Source: Euryarchaeota archaeon UBA463
Lineage (GTDB): Archaea; Thermoplasmatota; Poseidoniia; Poseidoniales; Thalassarchaeaceae
Length of the DNA: 64,000 nt
NCBI GenBank assembly: GCA_002501805.1
Contig: DAOI01000008.1
Location: forward strand, 31,420 to 95,419
Reading direction: 5' to 3'
Part shown: positions 27,801-36,940 of the stretch, in pieces
Numbering within the stretch: position 1 is the first letter of the stretch
Layout of the letters: each line of letters starts with the position of its first letter
Notes under the pieces: generated by a model
Seen by the model: the letters and a program-made list of their open reading frames with translations, nothing else
What the model was told of the DNA's origin: nothing
The model's database searches: none
Position numbers and translations under genes: made by a program

Positions 27801-28544
27801 GTAAGTGATGGCCCTCAGTATAAGGGCGACACCCAGAGAAGCGATCATCATGACCTGGGGGGTGGCCTTCGTTCTTCGAAATCCCCTGTAGACCAATCTG
27901 TCTATGATAACTCCAGCTAGGCCCGTAAGGACGAATGCAGCGATTAGTGTGAAGATTAGGACTGACCAAGTTAGAACACCGTCCTTAGTAGTGCTTAAGC
28001 TAGAAAGGGGGAAGAAGTAGTCACTCCAGATCATTATCATTGAGAGATACATTCCGATCATGAATAATTCAGATTGGGCGAAGTTACCATACCTCTGGAC
28101 CTTGTAAGTTAGAGTGAGTCCTATGGCAATTGCTAGATACGTTGAGGACCAAGTCAGAGTGCCTGTAGCTACTGAAACTATATCCAGAGTGAAGGATGCT
28201 CCCTCTCCAAGTCCGATGAGAAGAATATCGAGAGTTAAGAAAGTGACCAGGATCATGAATAGCGGGGAAGTGAGTAAGGCTATGGTTCTGAAATTACTTG
28301 GAGTTACATCATCAAAAAATACCTTGACAATGATGAATCCAGCTGTTAGAGACTCTACTACTTGGAAGAGCCATACCATATCATCAGGGATCCCCCCGCC
28401 AAGAATTGTGTCGACAATATTGAGTAAGCCTATCCCGTTTGAGGTTCCAAGCAAGTTGGCATCAACGAAAAGGATCGTTGCAATGAGTATCCTTCGTACT
28501 CCCCTAGGGAGATTCGAGTACTTGTGCCGAGCCTCATGCAGCAT
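24807..28544 (-). CDS. Fused LivH-LivM ABC permease with insertions (1245 aa)
   Basis: LivH: NFAQSE, GRRMRAVADNPELAASSGIN. LivM: GYTGMVNFG, RLRTDYFAIVT, SPWGRVLKAIREDE. Confidence 0.88.
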   Translation of the reverse strand: MLHEARHKYSNLPRGVRRILIATILFVDANLLGTSNGIGLLNIVDTILGGGIPDDMVWLFQVVESLTAGFIIVKVFFDDVTPSNFRTIALLTSPLFMILVTFLTLDILLIGLGEGASFTLDIVSVATGTLTWSSTYLAIAIGLTLTYKVQRYGNFAQSELFMIGMYLSMIMIWSDYFFPLSSLSTTKDGVLTWSVLIFTLIAAFVLTGLAGVIIDRLVYRGFRRTKATPQVMMIASLGVALILRAITYLRFGSGRNMFEPEGDWRMPNLRWEIPTTKLRLNLGDRSIDEGRTYTQWTCEQTGVDETTGEPILSRIVTEASKPAYELYDTTADCVTQATTNYAYYKGAVPFVIFSSVLLLMLLLNKTRLGRRMRAVADNPELAASSGINVERVHLSSAFLSAGISGMGGAIFAMTLRFSPETAFTLLLPSFAIIVLGTIGSIPGAIVGSIIVGFVRALSSPVLIGIGSPLGRSNYSALDGVMPYIFLVAILMIMPEGIGDAYEKWKIDRLRNKKEVNTETDAKIATGLALLPTGIFGLHHWWRGRTHRMQTFSVIALASYVFHRFSNFVERNSFADGSCAESCQENEFAETNLAILTGRNDGELILEDSPLTETHLLDQTSAPSGMTPFEAEQWIPGALADMQQSWLNQMRFEIDLVNFIVDAGDLIWPLALVLLWAFSAYEGIRIMNGKENEKISFPLFSKWKSIFDSTPSPISDIRQKLSELDRNHERMVKRQRERLSNYFKPGELKSHAIDLSLRFLEPVMKILKIPESRKTNLKMYGRQSPLGSWISFYILITILVMFLVWLPIAESDNYEFKKVLQVSNVLLTLSIFILMAFSLNLHTGYTGMVNFGIIFFVSIGAITVSILTAPERVFGYDWGIMEATIVAMLLSAAIGWLLAYPTARLRTDYFAIVTISLGEIVRVLLAGEPLLRAGPVASAIGISGYPLPLEDWWFCGSEKSGPDTQWASPDVCRDDILLDSTPAHYIGELLNLGEPAPYMMMLMLLSVASVIIVWTLLSRLLSSPWGRVLKAIREDEEVAQHHGHDILTHKAASLALGAAIAALAGALWAWKLTGFDASFMSPARSTFLVWAAFIIGGTSNNRGMVVGAFIIVLMEFVFNVLVAAQGSSDLPLHVTADRIDTLFEWIITNQWDVATIFAIAALVGYITRLESLFDIGFSGAAVFLFAALALGERSINESFFAGAVSADMVYIKLMLIGCLMLFSLKFNSKGLLPEVPIRPTRPDGGE

Positions 28545-28584
28545 CTACTACACGTACCTTCATCATTTGAATAAAATTGTTGGG

Positions 28585-28615
28585 GCAGTGCGGCGGGAAA
28601 ACCCCGCCGCACTGC
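28585..28615 (-). terminator. Perfect 13-bp hairpin between binding-protein and permease genes
   Basis: GCAGTGCGGCGGG-AAAAC-CCCGCCGCACTGC, 14 bp after the binding-protein stop. Confidence 0.65.
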
Positions 28616-28628
28616 TTTACGTTACCAA

Positions 28629-31600
28629 TCAAACGATTCCGTTGACTGGGTCCCAGTTCCTGGCACAGTCGTATGAGACTGTGTCTGCGGTTGCATCGTG
28701 AGAGAACTCTCCGATACAGAAACCAGCTGCTGGAACATCTCCGTTTGCCATGAAGGTGATTCCTCCACTGGCTCCTTCCAGACCGTTACCGGTCCCAGCG
28801 ATTGCCATGTCTGGCGTGATGCCAGGGGTGGCCAGGGCTGTGAAGGCGGCGAAAGCCACGATGTAGACAGCGTCGAACGCCTCTGCAGTGTAGATTCCTC
28901 CAGCACAGTCAGGGTTTGCCATGCACTGTGCTGCGAAGACCATGCCTACAGTGGTCATTCCACCTGCGGCTGCAGGCTTAGTGGCGATTACGCCATCGAC
29001 CAAGGACTTGTCAGCCATATCGGCTGCTAGCCCTACCTCGGCAATTCCATCAGCGCCATAGATGGCTCCAGTGAATCCCTGCAGGGACATCTCCTCGATT
29101 AGCATAGCTCCATCAGCGGCGTATGAGACCATCATTACTGAGGTACATCCGTCATTGACGACCGTGCTCACGATTGTGGAGAAGTCAGTAGCTGTCTCCT
29201 CGTATCCAATCTGTGTGCAAATGCTTGCCGAGTCCATGTTGGCGACAAAGGCGTCTGCCAGTCCTGATCCGTACGCATTGGTCATGTGAATAACTGCGAC
29301 GTTGTCCTGCGCATCAGCGGTCATGACTTCAGCAACTACCGATCCCTGGAACGCGTCGCTTGGTACGACACGGTAGAAGGATGGGTATGCAGTAGCGTCA
29401 GACAGAGCTGGGCTTGTGCTGGCATAGGACACCTGTGGGATTCCAGCTGCGGATAGCACCGCGTTGGCTCCCATGGATGCGCCGGAGCAGGCTGCTCCAA
29501 CGACTCCCCATACTCCAGCGTCTACGAGTGTCTGGGCGGCCGAGCCACCCATGGTGCTGTCGCAACCAGAGTCTGCATAGACTATCTCGAACTGGACACC
29601 GTTACTGTATCCGATCGTGTTGGCTAGACCTAGAGCGATCTGTGATGCCGCAACGAATCCGTTTGCATAAACGGCGATAGGTCCAGTGGCGTCGTTCAGG
29701 AACCCGATCTTGACTGTGGCGCCCATGAACGGTGCTGCAGTTACTCCGGCTCCTCCGGCTTCCCACATCCTGTCGCAGTTGAAGTACTCTCCAAAGGTTG
29801 GTACGTGAGCGAAGGTACAGACATCGTAGCCTGATCCTCCAACGTCTCCGTTGTCCAAGAAGGTGTGAGTGCCGCTGTCTCCAGCATATGCATCGCCTAC
29901 CATGGGCACGTGCATGCCCATATTCTCTCCGTCCTCCATCATTGCTGCGTGACCGATCATCATTACTGCATCGTACGCCTCAGATGTGAAGATTCCAGTG
30001 GAGCAGACAGAGTCGTCAGAACATGCGGCTGCGAAAACTCCAGCACCTGCTGCTGCGGCTCTAGGCCTTGTTACCTCGATTCCGTTTGCGGCTGCTGGGT
30101 TGGTGTAGTCTGCTAGAGCAGCCTCTCCGGCCATTCCGTCAGCGCTGAAAATCGGTATTGTTGCACCCATAACTGCCATGGTCTCGACGATCATAGCTCC
30201 GTCAGCGGAGTAGGATCCTAGGAAGACTGAGTCGCAGCCTGCGTCCATAACTGCCTGAACGGCGCTCTGGAAATCAGTTGCTGTCTCCTCGTAACCTGCC
30301 TGTAGACAGACGTTGTCCTCGCCCAGGTTGAGCGCTACTGCGTCTGCTAGACCTGCACCGTAGCTGTTGGTCATGTGCACGACAGCGGTGTTGGAAACTC
30401 CGCTTGCCATTATCATGTCAGCAGCAGCCTGACCCTGCAGAGCGTCGCTTGGGACGATTCTGTAGAAGTGAGGGTATGCGGTTGCGTCACTCAGAGCTGG
30501 GGATGTGCTAGCGTAGGATACCATAGGGATTCCAGCAGCCGCTAGGACTGCGTTAGCACCCATTGATGCTCCAGAGCAAGCGGCTCCAGCCACTGCGACA
30601 ACTCCGGCGTCCACGAGGGACTGAGCTGCTGTACCGGCCGTCTGACCGTCGCATCCGGAGTCTGCCTCGATTACCTCGAAGACATAGTCGTCTCCCATTG
30701 CGTTTAGGTCGTCCATGGCTGCTCCCCACGCGAAGGTGAATGGAGCTGCGAACTGAGCTATTGGCCCTGTTGCGTCATTCAAGAAACCTAGCTTGATTGT
30801 TACGGCTGGGTCTTCAACGACTGGTGCAACGAACATTGGGTTTGCTGCTCCCATGTAGTGAGCGGCTAGCTCGTCAGCGACAGCGTGAGCGATGTCAGCA
30901 TCGAATCCGACTACTGATCCATCGTCAGCATAGCTCTCGAATGGAGGGTAGAACGGATCTGTGCAAAGCCTTAGGCTCCCGGACTCCAGAACGGCTGTCA
31001 GATCGCTTCCCTCAGTAGGTACTGGGTAGGAAGTAGCTGTATCCATAGTGGTGTCATCGGCTAGGGTTACTGCACCATCGAAACTGGCGCCGTAGATCAG
31101 GTCGTACTCACCAGAGTCGACCATGGCTCCAATTGCCATGTTCAGTGCGCCAAGTAGCTCTCCAGAGGAATCCCCCTGCACAGCCATACCGAAGTTCTCA
31201 TCCGAGAAGGTGACCATCAAGTCACCCTCTAGGGACAGAACGGGGGCGTCACCCATTGCGTAGTGTACGTCGCCATTGTTCAGAGCGGCGATTACCGAAG
31301 GGAAGTCGTCGTAAGCGCTGATCGTAGCTGCACCCAGGTTATCCTGAGCATACAGGTCAGAGGTGGTCCCCGACTGTACGCCTATAGTGGTGCCTTCTGC
31401 GTTCAGGTCTGCGACGGCGCTGATAGAAGCGGCGCCAGATCCACCGATTACACCCTGGCTACTTGTGTAGTAGGCCCTGGTGAAGTCGACAGCTTGCTCT
31501 CGCTCGTCAGTCTTCGTCATCGCCGATATGATAGCGTCACACATATCGCCGGCATTCAGGTTGGGAATGATGGGGTCCCATGCGGACTCCACGAAGTCGG

Positions 31601-31733
31601 CACTAACGTCGCTGGCCATCGAAATGGACCAGTCGGGTGTGTCGTCTTCATCATCCCCACCAAGGCATCCGGCGAAAGCTGCCGCCAGCATGCTCATGGT
31701 AAGCATCATTGCAATCATCTTGTTGTTTTTCAT
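28629..31733 (-). CDS. Three-domain amino-acid-binding lipoprotein: permuted family-3 SBP plus two LivJ/Venus-flytrap domains
   Basis: Lipobox FAGC; DAIISAMT..EREQAVDF; two repeats of K[LI]GFLNDATGPIA...SYASTSPALSD..YP.FYR.VPSD. Confidence 0.88.
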   Translation of the reverse strand: MKNNKMIAMMLTMSMLAAAFAGCLGGDDEDDTPDWSISMASDVSADFVESAWDPIIPNLNAGDMCDAIISAMTKTDEREQAVDFTRAYYTSSQGVIGGSGAASISAVADLNAEGTTIGVQSGTTSDLYAQDNLGAATISAYDDFPSVIAALNNGDVHYAMGDAPVLSLEGDLMVTFSDENFGMAVQGDSSGELLGALNMAIGAMVDSGEYDLIYGASFDGAVTLADDTTMDTATSYPVPTEGSDLTAVLESGSLRLCTDPFYPPFESYADDGSVVGFDADIAHAVADELAAHYMGAANPMFVAPVVEDPAVTIKLGFLNDATGPIAQFAAPFTFAWGAAMDDLNAMGDDYVFEVIEADSGCDGQTAGTAAQSLVDAGVVAVAGAACSGASMGANAVLAAAGIPMVSYASTSPALSDATAYPHFYRIVPSDALQGQAAADMIMASGVSNTAVVHMTNSYGAGLADAVALNLGEDNVCLQAGYEETATDFQSAVQAVMDAGCDSVFLGSYSADGAMIVETMAVMGATIPIFSADGMAGEAALADYTNPAAANGIEVTRPRAAAAGAGVFAAACSDDSVCSTGIFTSEAYDAVMMIGHAAMMEDGENMGMHVPMVGDAYAGDSGTHTFLDNGDVGGSGYDVCTFAHVPTFGEYFNCDRMWEAGGAGVTAAPFMGATVKIGFLNDATGPIAVYANGFVAASQIALGLANTIGYSNGVQFEIVYADSGCDSTMGGSAAQTLVDAGVWGVVGAACSGASMGANAVLSAAGIPQVSYASTSPALSDATAYPSFYRVVPSDAFQGSVVAEVMTADAQDNVAVIHMTNAYGSGLADAFVANMDSASICTQIGYEETATDFSTIVSTVVNDGCTSVMMVSYAADGAMLIEEMSLQGFTGAIYGADGIAEVGLAADMADKSLVDGVIATKPAAAGGMTTVGMVFAAQCMANPDCAGGIYTAEAFDAVYIVAFAAFTALATPGITPDMAIAGTGNGLEGASGGITFMANGDVPAAGFCIGEFSHDATADTVSYDCARNWDPVNGIV

Positions 31734-31923
31734 TAGAAACTCACGTTCCAGTGCCCGCACGACGACGTATATATGTTATAGAGATTCTCAAAAAAAAGTC
31801 TAAAAAGGGCGTTTTTTTGAAAAACGGCTCTTAATCTTATTTTTTTATGACTAAATCTCTGAGTGTGGGAAGCGAGAGTATCATGAGCGGTAACACGTGC
31901 GAAGAGTCGTGAGTGGTGCGCCG

Positions 31924-33033
31924 ATGGACTATGCAAGTAGTGGGGTAGACATAGATTTAGAGGCCCAGGCAGTCTCAAGCCTAATTGGATCGCTTGCCAA
32001 TTCTGTGAGGAAGAAAGGGGAAATCGGAGCTCCAGTTCCTCTTCCCGGAGGGTTTGGAGGAATCATTGAGTTCGGAGAATCTAGGTTGGCCTTAGCTACC
32101 GACGGAGTCGGTTCAAAATTGCAAATTGCAAATCATTTGGGGAGGCTGGAGGGAGTCGGTATCGATTGTATAGCCATGAATGTGAATGATCTGATATGTG
32201 TAGGCGCTGAGCCAGTAGCCTTTGTTGACTATATCGCGACGCCGAAGACTGATCGCTCGGTTCATTCGATACTGGGAGAGTCTCTTTCAGAGGGTTGCTC
32301 CAGATCCAGAGTTACGCTGGCAGGAGGCGAGACGGCGACCCTTCCGGGAATAGTGAGAGAGCTGGACATGTCAGGTACTGCTTTGGGGTGGTTTCCCAAG
32401 GGGGAGGCAATTACTGGAGAGCGTCTAGAGTGTGGAGACCTTCTAATCGGTTTGCCCAGTAGTGGTATTCATTCAAACGGTTATACCCTAGTCAGAGCGA
32501 TTGTCGAGAGAAGTGGCCATTCTCTTATTGAGGAGGCCCCTTTTGATACGTCTCACCCTGGCAGAGTCATAGAGCGCTTTCCGGATTCGGAAGGAGAGAT
32601 TAGTCTGGGGGAGGTCTTGCTGAATCCAACTAGAATCTATGTTGATCCTGTGGTTGATTTAATTCTGGAGTGCAGGGGAGGGAGTGGTCCTTGCGATTTG
32701 TCTGATATCAAGGCAATAGCACATATTACTGGTGGTGGCCTTTCAAATCTTCTTCGGCTTCATGATAGCTTGGGTTGGCATATTGAAACCCCACTCCCCC
32801 CTCATCCAGAGTTCGAATGGCTTGCCAAGAGTGGGTCTGTCGATTCCAAGGAGATGCACAGAACTTTCAACATGGGCATGGGAATGGTTATTGCATTGTC
32901 CAAAGGATGTTCTGGTTCCGTATTGGAGTGGATTTCAGAGAGACTGCCTGGAGCCAGTATAGTAGGTTCAGTTACTGACAATGGGCGAATCGTCACCCAT
33001 AGTGATCCTGCTGTCAGGTTCGATAGTTATTGA
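31924..33033 (+). CDS. purM: Phosphoribosylformylglycinamidine cyclo-ligase (AIR synthetase)
   Basis: YASSGVD, TDGVGSK, GGETA, SSGIHSNGY, HITGGG, TFNMGMG. Confidence 0.95.
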   Translation: MDYASSGVDIDLEAQAVSSLIGSLANSVRKKGEIGAPVPLPGGFGGIIEFGESRLALATDGVGSKLQIANHLGRLEGVGIDCIAMNVNDLICVGAEPVAFVDYIATPKTDRSVHSILGESLSEGCSRSRVTLAGGETATLPGIVRELDMSGTALGWFPKGEAITGERLECGDLLIGLPSSGIHSNGYTLVRAIVERSGHSLIEEAPFDTSHPGRVIERFPDSEGEISLGEVLLNPTRIYVDPVVDLILECRGGSGPCDLSDIKAIAHITGGGLSNLLRLHDSLGWHIETPLPPHPEFEWLAKSGSVDSKEMHRTFNMGMGMVIALSKGCSGSVLEWISERLPGASIVGSVTDNGRIVTHSDPAVRFDSY

Positions 33034-33080
33034 TTGGCTATCATAGTCAATACCTTGTGCCATGGGCTCTTCCGGTCACC

Positions 33081-34412
33081 ATGGACTGGGAGGAACCGAA
33101 AGGGTGGCCCGGTGTAATTCACAGAGAAGGCCGTACATTAGTTAGGGTATCTGAGAGGCCCGATTCACAGAAGACCGGCCCTGTTTCCAGAAGGGGCGAT
33201 GGTGTATTCTTGAATCCAGCCATGTCTGGAAGTAGGACGAGGAGCGTTCTTCTGTTGGATCATGCGATAGAAAGCGGGATTCTGGGAGAAGGTCCGATAT
33301 ATGCCTTGGACGGACTGGCCGCTGGAGGAATACGAGCAAGAAGATGGCTGAATGAAATCTCTGAGGACAATGCCAAGAGGCTCGATGTCACTATCTCAGA
33401 TTTAGACAGGGGGGCTATTGACTGGGCTATGGGCAACCATCGAGATTTTCCTCCTCTACACGGAAAGGGACAGCTCTCAAGCGCTGTTGGTGACCTTCGT
33501 AAGCTGGTTCTTTCTCATGGAAGACATTGGGTCGATATAGACCCCTTTGGATCTCCCTTGCCCTTCCTTGACACTGCAGTTCAGTCTCTGGCCAGGAGTG
33601 GGGTGATAGAAGTCAGCGCAACCGACACCGCTGCTCTGACTGGCTCATCCCGTGGAGCGATGCTGAGGAGATATGGTGCTAGAGTGAGGACAGATGGTCT
33701 CGCTCATGACTCTGCGCTTAGGGTGATGCTGGCTAACCTTGCAAGTACTGCTGCTAAACATGATCGCTGTATGGAGCCATTACTATCCATATGGGACTCG
33801 CACCACCTAAGAGTCTCAGCAAGAGTTCGAAAGAGCAGGAGTAGAGCCAATATTTTCGAGGATGACATCGGGTGGAGAGTTCACTCGCCTACTCATGAAG
33901 AGGTTTTGGCTTCCGTAGAGGCAGGATTGCACCCGAGCTGTTCTTTGGATAGCCTGCCAATGACTTGTCTTCTCCCCGTTTCCCATCCTGTGGAAAGAAA
34001 GGACCCCCGAATATCCGGGCCACTCTGGATTGGAAGTATTGGCGACCAAAGCGCTATGTGTTCAATGACGGAAGAGAAGGCTACGAGGCTGTGTGCCCCG
34101 GAGTTTGCAGATGAGGACTTGGCTGGGTGGTCCGAGAAGGACTTCGAGATGGAGAGGAGGAGGGTTGTCAGGTCGGTCAGAAATATAGAGCATGAGGGAG
34201 CTGTGATTGGCTCGGCGCACCATATTCTCGTTGATGACCTATCTAGCTGGCTGGGTATTGGCTCTCCACCAAGTCCCACTCTGATGGTAAACAAACTAAA
34301 CGAGATGGGTTGCAATGCCTCGTTGACTCATTATGGAAAGCCATCTTTCAGGACGGGGGCGAGTTGGGATGATATCGTCGAAGTGGCCTTGAGTCTTCAG
34401 CCACCGATGTAG
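33081..34412 (+). CDS. trm1: tRNA (guanine26-N2)-dimethyltransferase
   Basis: VFLNPAM, DGLAAGGIRARR, DIDPFGSP, SATDTAAL, GPLWIG. Confidence 0.88.
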   Translation: MDWEEPKGWPGVIHREGRTLVRVSERPDSQKTGPVSRRGDGVFLNPAMSGSRTRSVLLLDHAIESGILGEGPIYALDGLAAGGIRARRWLNEISEDNAKRLDVTISDLDRGAIDWAMGNHRDFPPLHGKGQLSSAVGDLRKLVLSHGRHWVDIDPFGSPLPFLDTAVQSLARSGVIEVSATDTAALTGSSRGAMLRRYGARVRTDGLAHDSALRVMLANLASTAAKHDRCMEPLLSIWDSHHLRVSARVRKSRSRANIFEDDIGWRVHSPTHEEVLASVEAGLHPSCSLDSLPMTCLLPVSHPVERKDPRISGPLWIGSIGDQSAMCSMTEEKATRLCAPEFADEDLAGWSEKDFEMERRRVVRSVRNIEHEGAVIGSAHHILVDDLSSWLGIGSPPSPTLMVNKLNEMGCNASLTHYGKPSFRTGASWDDIVEVALSLQPPM

Positions 34413-35398
34413 GACATTTCCACTCTTTCGGATGTCTTGGAGCTGTTCAGTGAGCGTTCCTCTGAGTATCTGTCTTTCCTCTTACTCCAATGCTCACGAA
34501 TCAGGTCCGCGATATAGGAGTCGGTATGTCCAGCTCTAATTGGTGAGAGGAGATCAAGCCCGCTGTTCGAGAAAAGACATGTGAAGAGTCTCCCATCGGA
34601 AGAAATCCTAGCCCTGGTACAATCACTACAGAACGGTTCAGTGACACTGGAGATGATTCCTACTTCACCACCGTTGGGTAGCTTGTATCTCTTAGCTACA
34701 TCGCTCTTGTTTTCGGGTACGATTCTCTCGATGTCTCCAATCATATCCCGTATCTCAGAGGCGCTGACAACGTCATCCAGACTCCATCCGTTGGTCGTAC
34801 CTACATCCATGTACTCGATGAACCGGACAGCAATATCCCTACTAGAAAATCTCTCAACAATGTCTAGGATTTCATTCTCGTTCGAATTTCTCTTGACAAC
34901 TGTATTGATTTTTACAGGGCCTAGACCCACTGATTCTGCTGCCTCGACACCGGCGATCACTGCTGCAACCGTGTGTCCTGAATCTGTAATCGCTGCGAAG
35001 GTGGCCTCATCAATGGCGTCCAGGCTCACGGTAACCCTATCGAGGCCTGCCGCTGAGAGAGCTGGTGCGTATCTGGGAAGTAGGACCCCGTTGGTTGTCA
35101 TTGCTATCTCTGCATCCCTCATGGAAAGCATAGATACCAATTCGTGGAGATTCCTTCGCAACAGTGGCTCTCCTCCTGTGAGTCTGATCTTATTTACTCC
35201 TAGGGAAATGAAAATCCCTGCAATTCTATCTATCTCCTCGAATGTCATTATGCTGTCCTTGGGCATGAATGGGAAGCCCTTTCCAAATATCTCCTTGGGC
35301 ATACAATATGTGCATCTGAAGTTACACCTGTCGGTCACTGAAATCCTGAGATCTCGTATCGGCCTCCCCAAAGTATCGAAGATTCCGGGGTCGCTCAC
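34397..35398 (-). CDS. moaA: GTP 3',8-cyclase (radical SAM)
   Basis: LRISVTDRCNFRCTYC, TGGEPLLR, FCSDCTRAR...CLF, terminal MSYIGG. GTG start inferred. Confidence 0.95.
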   Translation of the reverse strand: MSDPGIFDTLGRPIRDLRISVTDRCNFRCTYCMPKEIFGKGFPFMPKDSIMTFEEIDRIAGIFISLGVNKIRLTGGEPLLRRNLHELVSMLSMRDAEIAMTTNGVLLPRYAPALSAAGLDRVTVSLDAIDEATFAAITDSGHTVAAVIAGVEAAESVGLGPVKINTVVKRNSNENEILDIVERFSSRDIAVRFIEYMDVGTTNGWSLDDVVSASEIRDMIGDIERIVPENKSDVAKRYKLPNGGEVGIISSVTEPFCSDCTRARISSDGRLFTCLFSNSGLDLLSPIRAGHTDSYIADLIREHWSKRKDRYSEERSLNSSKTSERVEMSYIGG

Positions 35399-35479
35399 AG
35401 TCCATGCAGAGGTGCCTTGGTGATAGTGGTACCTGAGCAAGCCTTGAAGAATGACCTAATGCTACGACACATGAGAATC

Positions 35480-36043
35480 ATGCTGAGTTTCAGTTCCAAA
35501 GCCAAGGAAATGCTAGACCAGTTTGCTGAAGCAGCTGAAGAGATTGATGAGGTCTGCCTGAGGGTTGAGATCACAGGAAGGGGGAGAAACGGCTTCGAGT
35601 ATGACTTACAGTTCATCGAGAGAAAGGACTCCAGGGATGGAGATATTGAGACAGATGTAGATGGAATGTGTGTTTTCATAGACCCAAAGAGTGCGAAGTA
35701 CATCGATGGGACTACTCTTGACTACCAAGAGACACTGATGGGAGGCGGATTCAGCTTTGAGAATCCTAATCCCCTATGGATGGATGATATCTCAAAAGCT
35801 GTAGCTGAAATTATCGAGAGCGAAGTGAATCCCGCGGTGGCATCCCATGGTGGGCATGTTGAGTTGATGGGAGTAGAAGATGGAAAGGCTGTGATAGTAT
35901 TCGGAGGAGGTTGCCAAGGATGTGGAATGGCGGATGTGACGCTAAAACAGGGAGTGGAGACCATGATCAAAGATAACGTTCCTTCGATAACAGAAGTTAT
36001 TGATGCTACAGATCACGCAGCAGGGGAGAATCCATTCTACTGA
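35480..36043 (+). CDS. nfuA: Fe-S biogenesis carrier, degenerate A-type plus Nfu domain
   Basis: LDY...GFSFENPN, NPAVASHGGHVEL, GGGCQGC, TDHAAGENPFY. Confidence 0.9.
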   Translation: MLSFSSKAKEMLDQFAEAAEEIDEVCLRVEITGRGRNGFEYDLQFIERKDSRDGDIETDVDGMCVFIDPKSAKYIDGTTLDYQETLMGGGFSFENPNPLWMDDISKAVAEIIESEVNPAVASHGGHVELMGVEDGKAVIVFGGGCQGCGMADVTLKQGVETMIKDNVPSITEVIDATDHAAGENPFY

Positions 36044-36811
36044 TCATAGAATCATAGGAACGTCGTCTTCGTCGTCGGGACCAGGTGCGGGAAGGGCTGT
36101 GGACCGTGCTCTCTCGAAAGCCTCCCTAACCTTCTCCTCAATGTTCTTGGCATCCTCTAGAAGGTCCTGAACGGGAATTTCTAGGTCCATTAGATCGCTT
36201 AGGCCGTCTATCGCGATCAAGGCCGCTCTTGCATCTGGATACATCGGGTTACACTCTGCGAGGAGGGCGGTGATATCCAACCCCCTCCTCTCTCCCTCTG
36301 CAATTAGATACCCAGCGATGCCCGAAACTATTCCATTCTGGATTCTCTTGATGCCTGCATTATCTAAGCTGTCACGCCCACTGGGCCTAGATGAGACTCC
36401 CCACAAATCGCTATCCTCCTTGATTCCGAGATCGTTGCTTATCACTCCGTCCACTACGTATAGCGTGTCGAAGCCCCCTTTGGTAAACCACTCCAGTACT
36501 GTCTCCCCGAAGTACGCATCATTCTCAGGGGGAAATTGAATTTCAGCAGTAAAGACCCCGATTCCGTCTCCCTGGTATACTCTGACGGGATGCTTAGGGA
36601 CCGAGTCATGAATGAGTGCTATGGCAGGGAACTTTGGATGCATTACAGTGCCCATGGGAGAGAGCTCCAGTGATCTGATTAGGTGAGTCGCTGCAATCAC
36701 TCCCACTGAGCCAACAGTTGAAAAGCCGCATACGGCAATTCCACCTAGGCTTGAGGGGTCTGCCTCCGAATGCAAAACTAGTGGATAAGCCGCATTGGTC
36801 TCCTCTGCCAT
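36044..36811 (-). CDS. PAC2-family proteasome assembly chaperone
   Basis: GFSTVGSVGVIA, HPVRVY, PDARAA. Confidence 0.85.
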   Translation of the reverse strand: MAEETNAAYPLVLHSEADPSSLGGIAVCGFSTVGSVGVIAATHLIRSLELSPMGTVMHPKFPAIALIHDSVPKHPVRVYQGDGIGVFTAEIQFPPENDAYFGETVLEWFTKGGFDTLYVVDGVISNDLGIKEDSDLWGVSSRPSGRDSLDNAGIKRIQNGIVSGIAGYLIAEGERRGLDITALLAECNPMYPDARAALIAIDGLSDLMDLEIPVQDLLEDAKNIEEKVREAFERARSTALPAPGPDDEDDVPMIL

Positions 36812-36940
36812 GAATGTCGCTCGAGCTAGGTACATTTCAATATCTCGTTCGGAGGATACACAGAAAGTATCTCCTGTATGCCATTGTTAAGGAATTTATA
36901 GAAATAATAACTTCAAATATGTCCCTTCGTAGGGAAGGAT

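Noticed and set aside
34581..35423. 280-aa plus-strand ORF and the many other antisense ORFs in the track
   Set aside because: Shadows of well-supported genes such as moaA; Ser/Ile-rich with no motifs.
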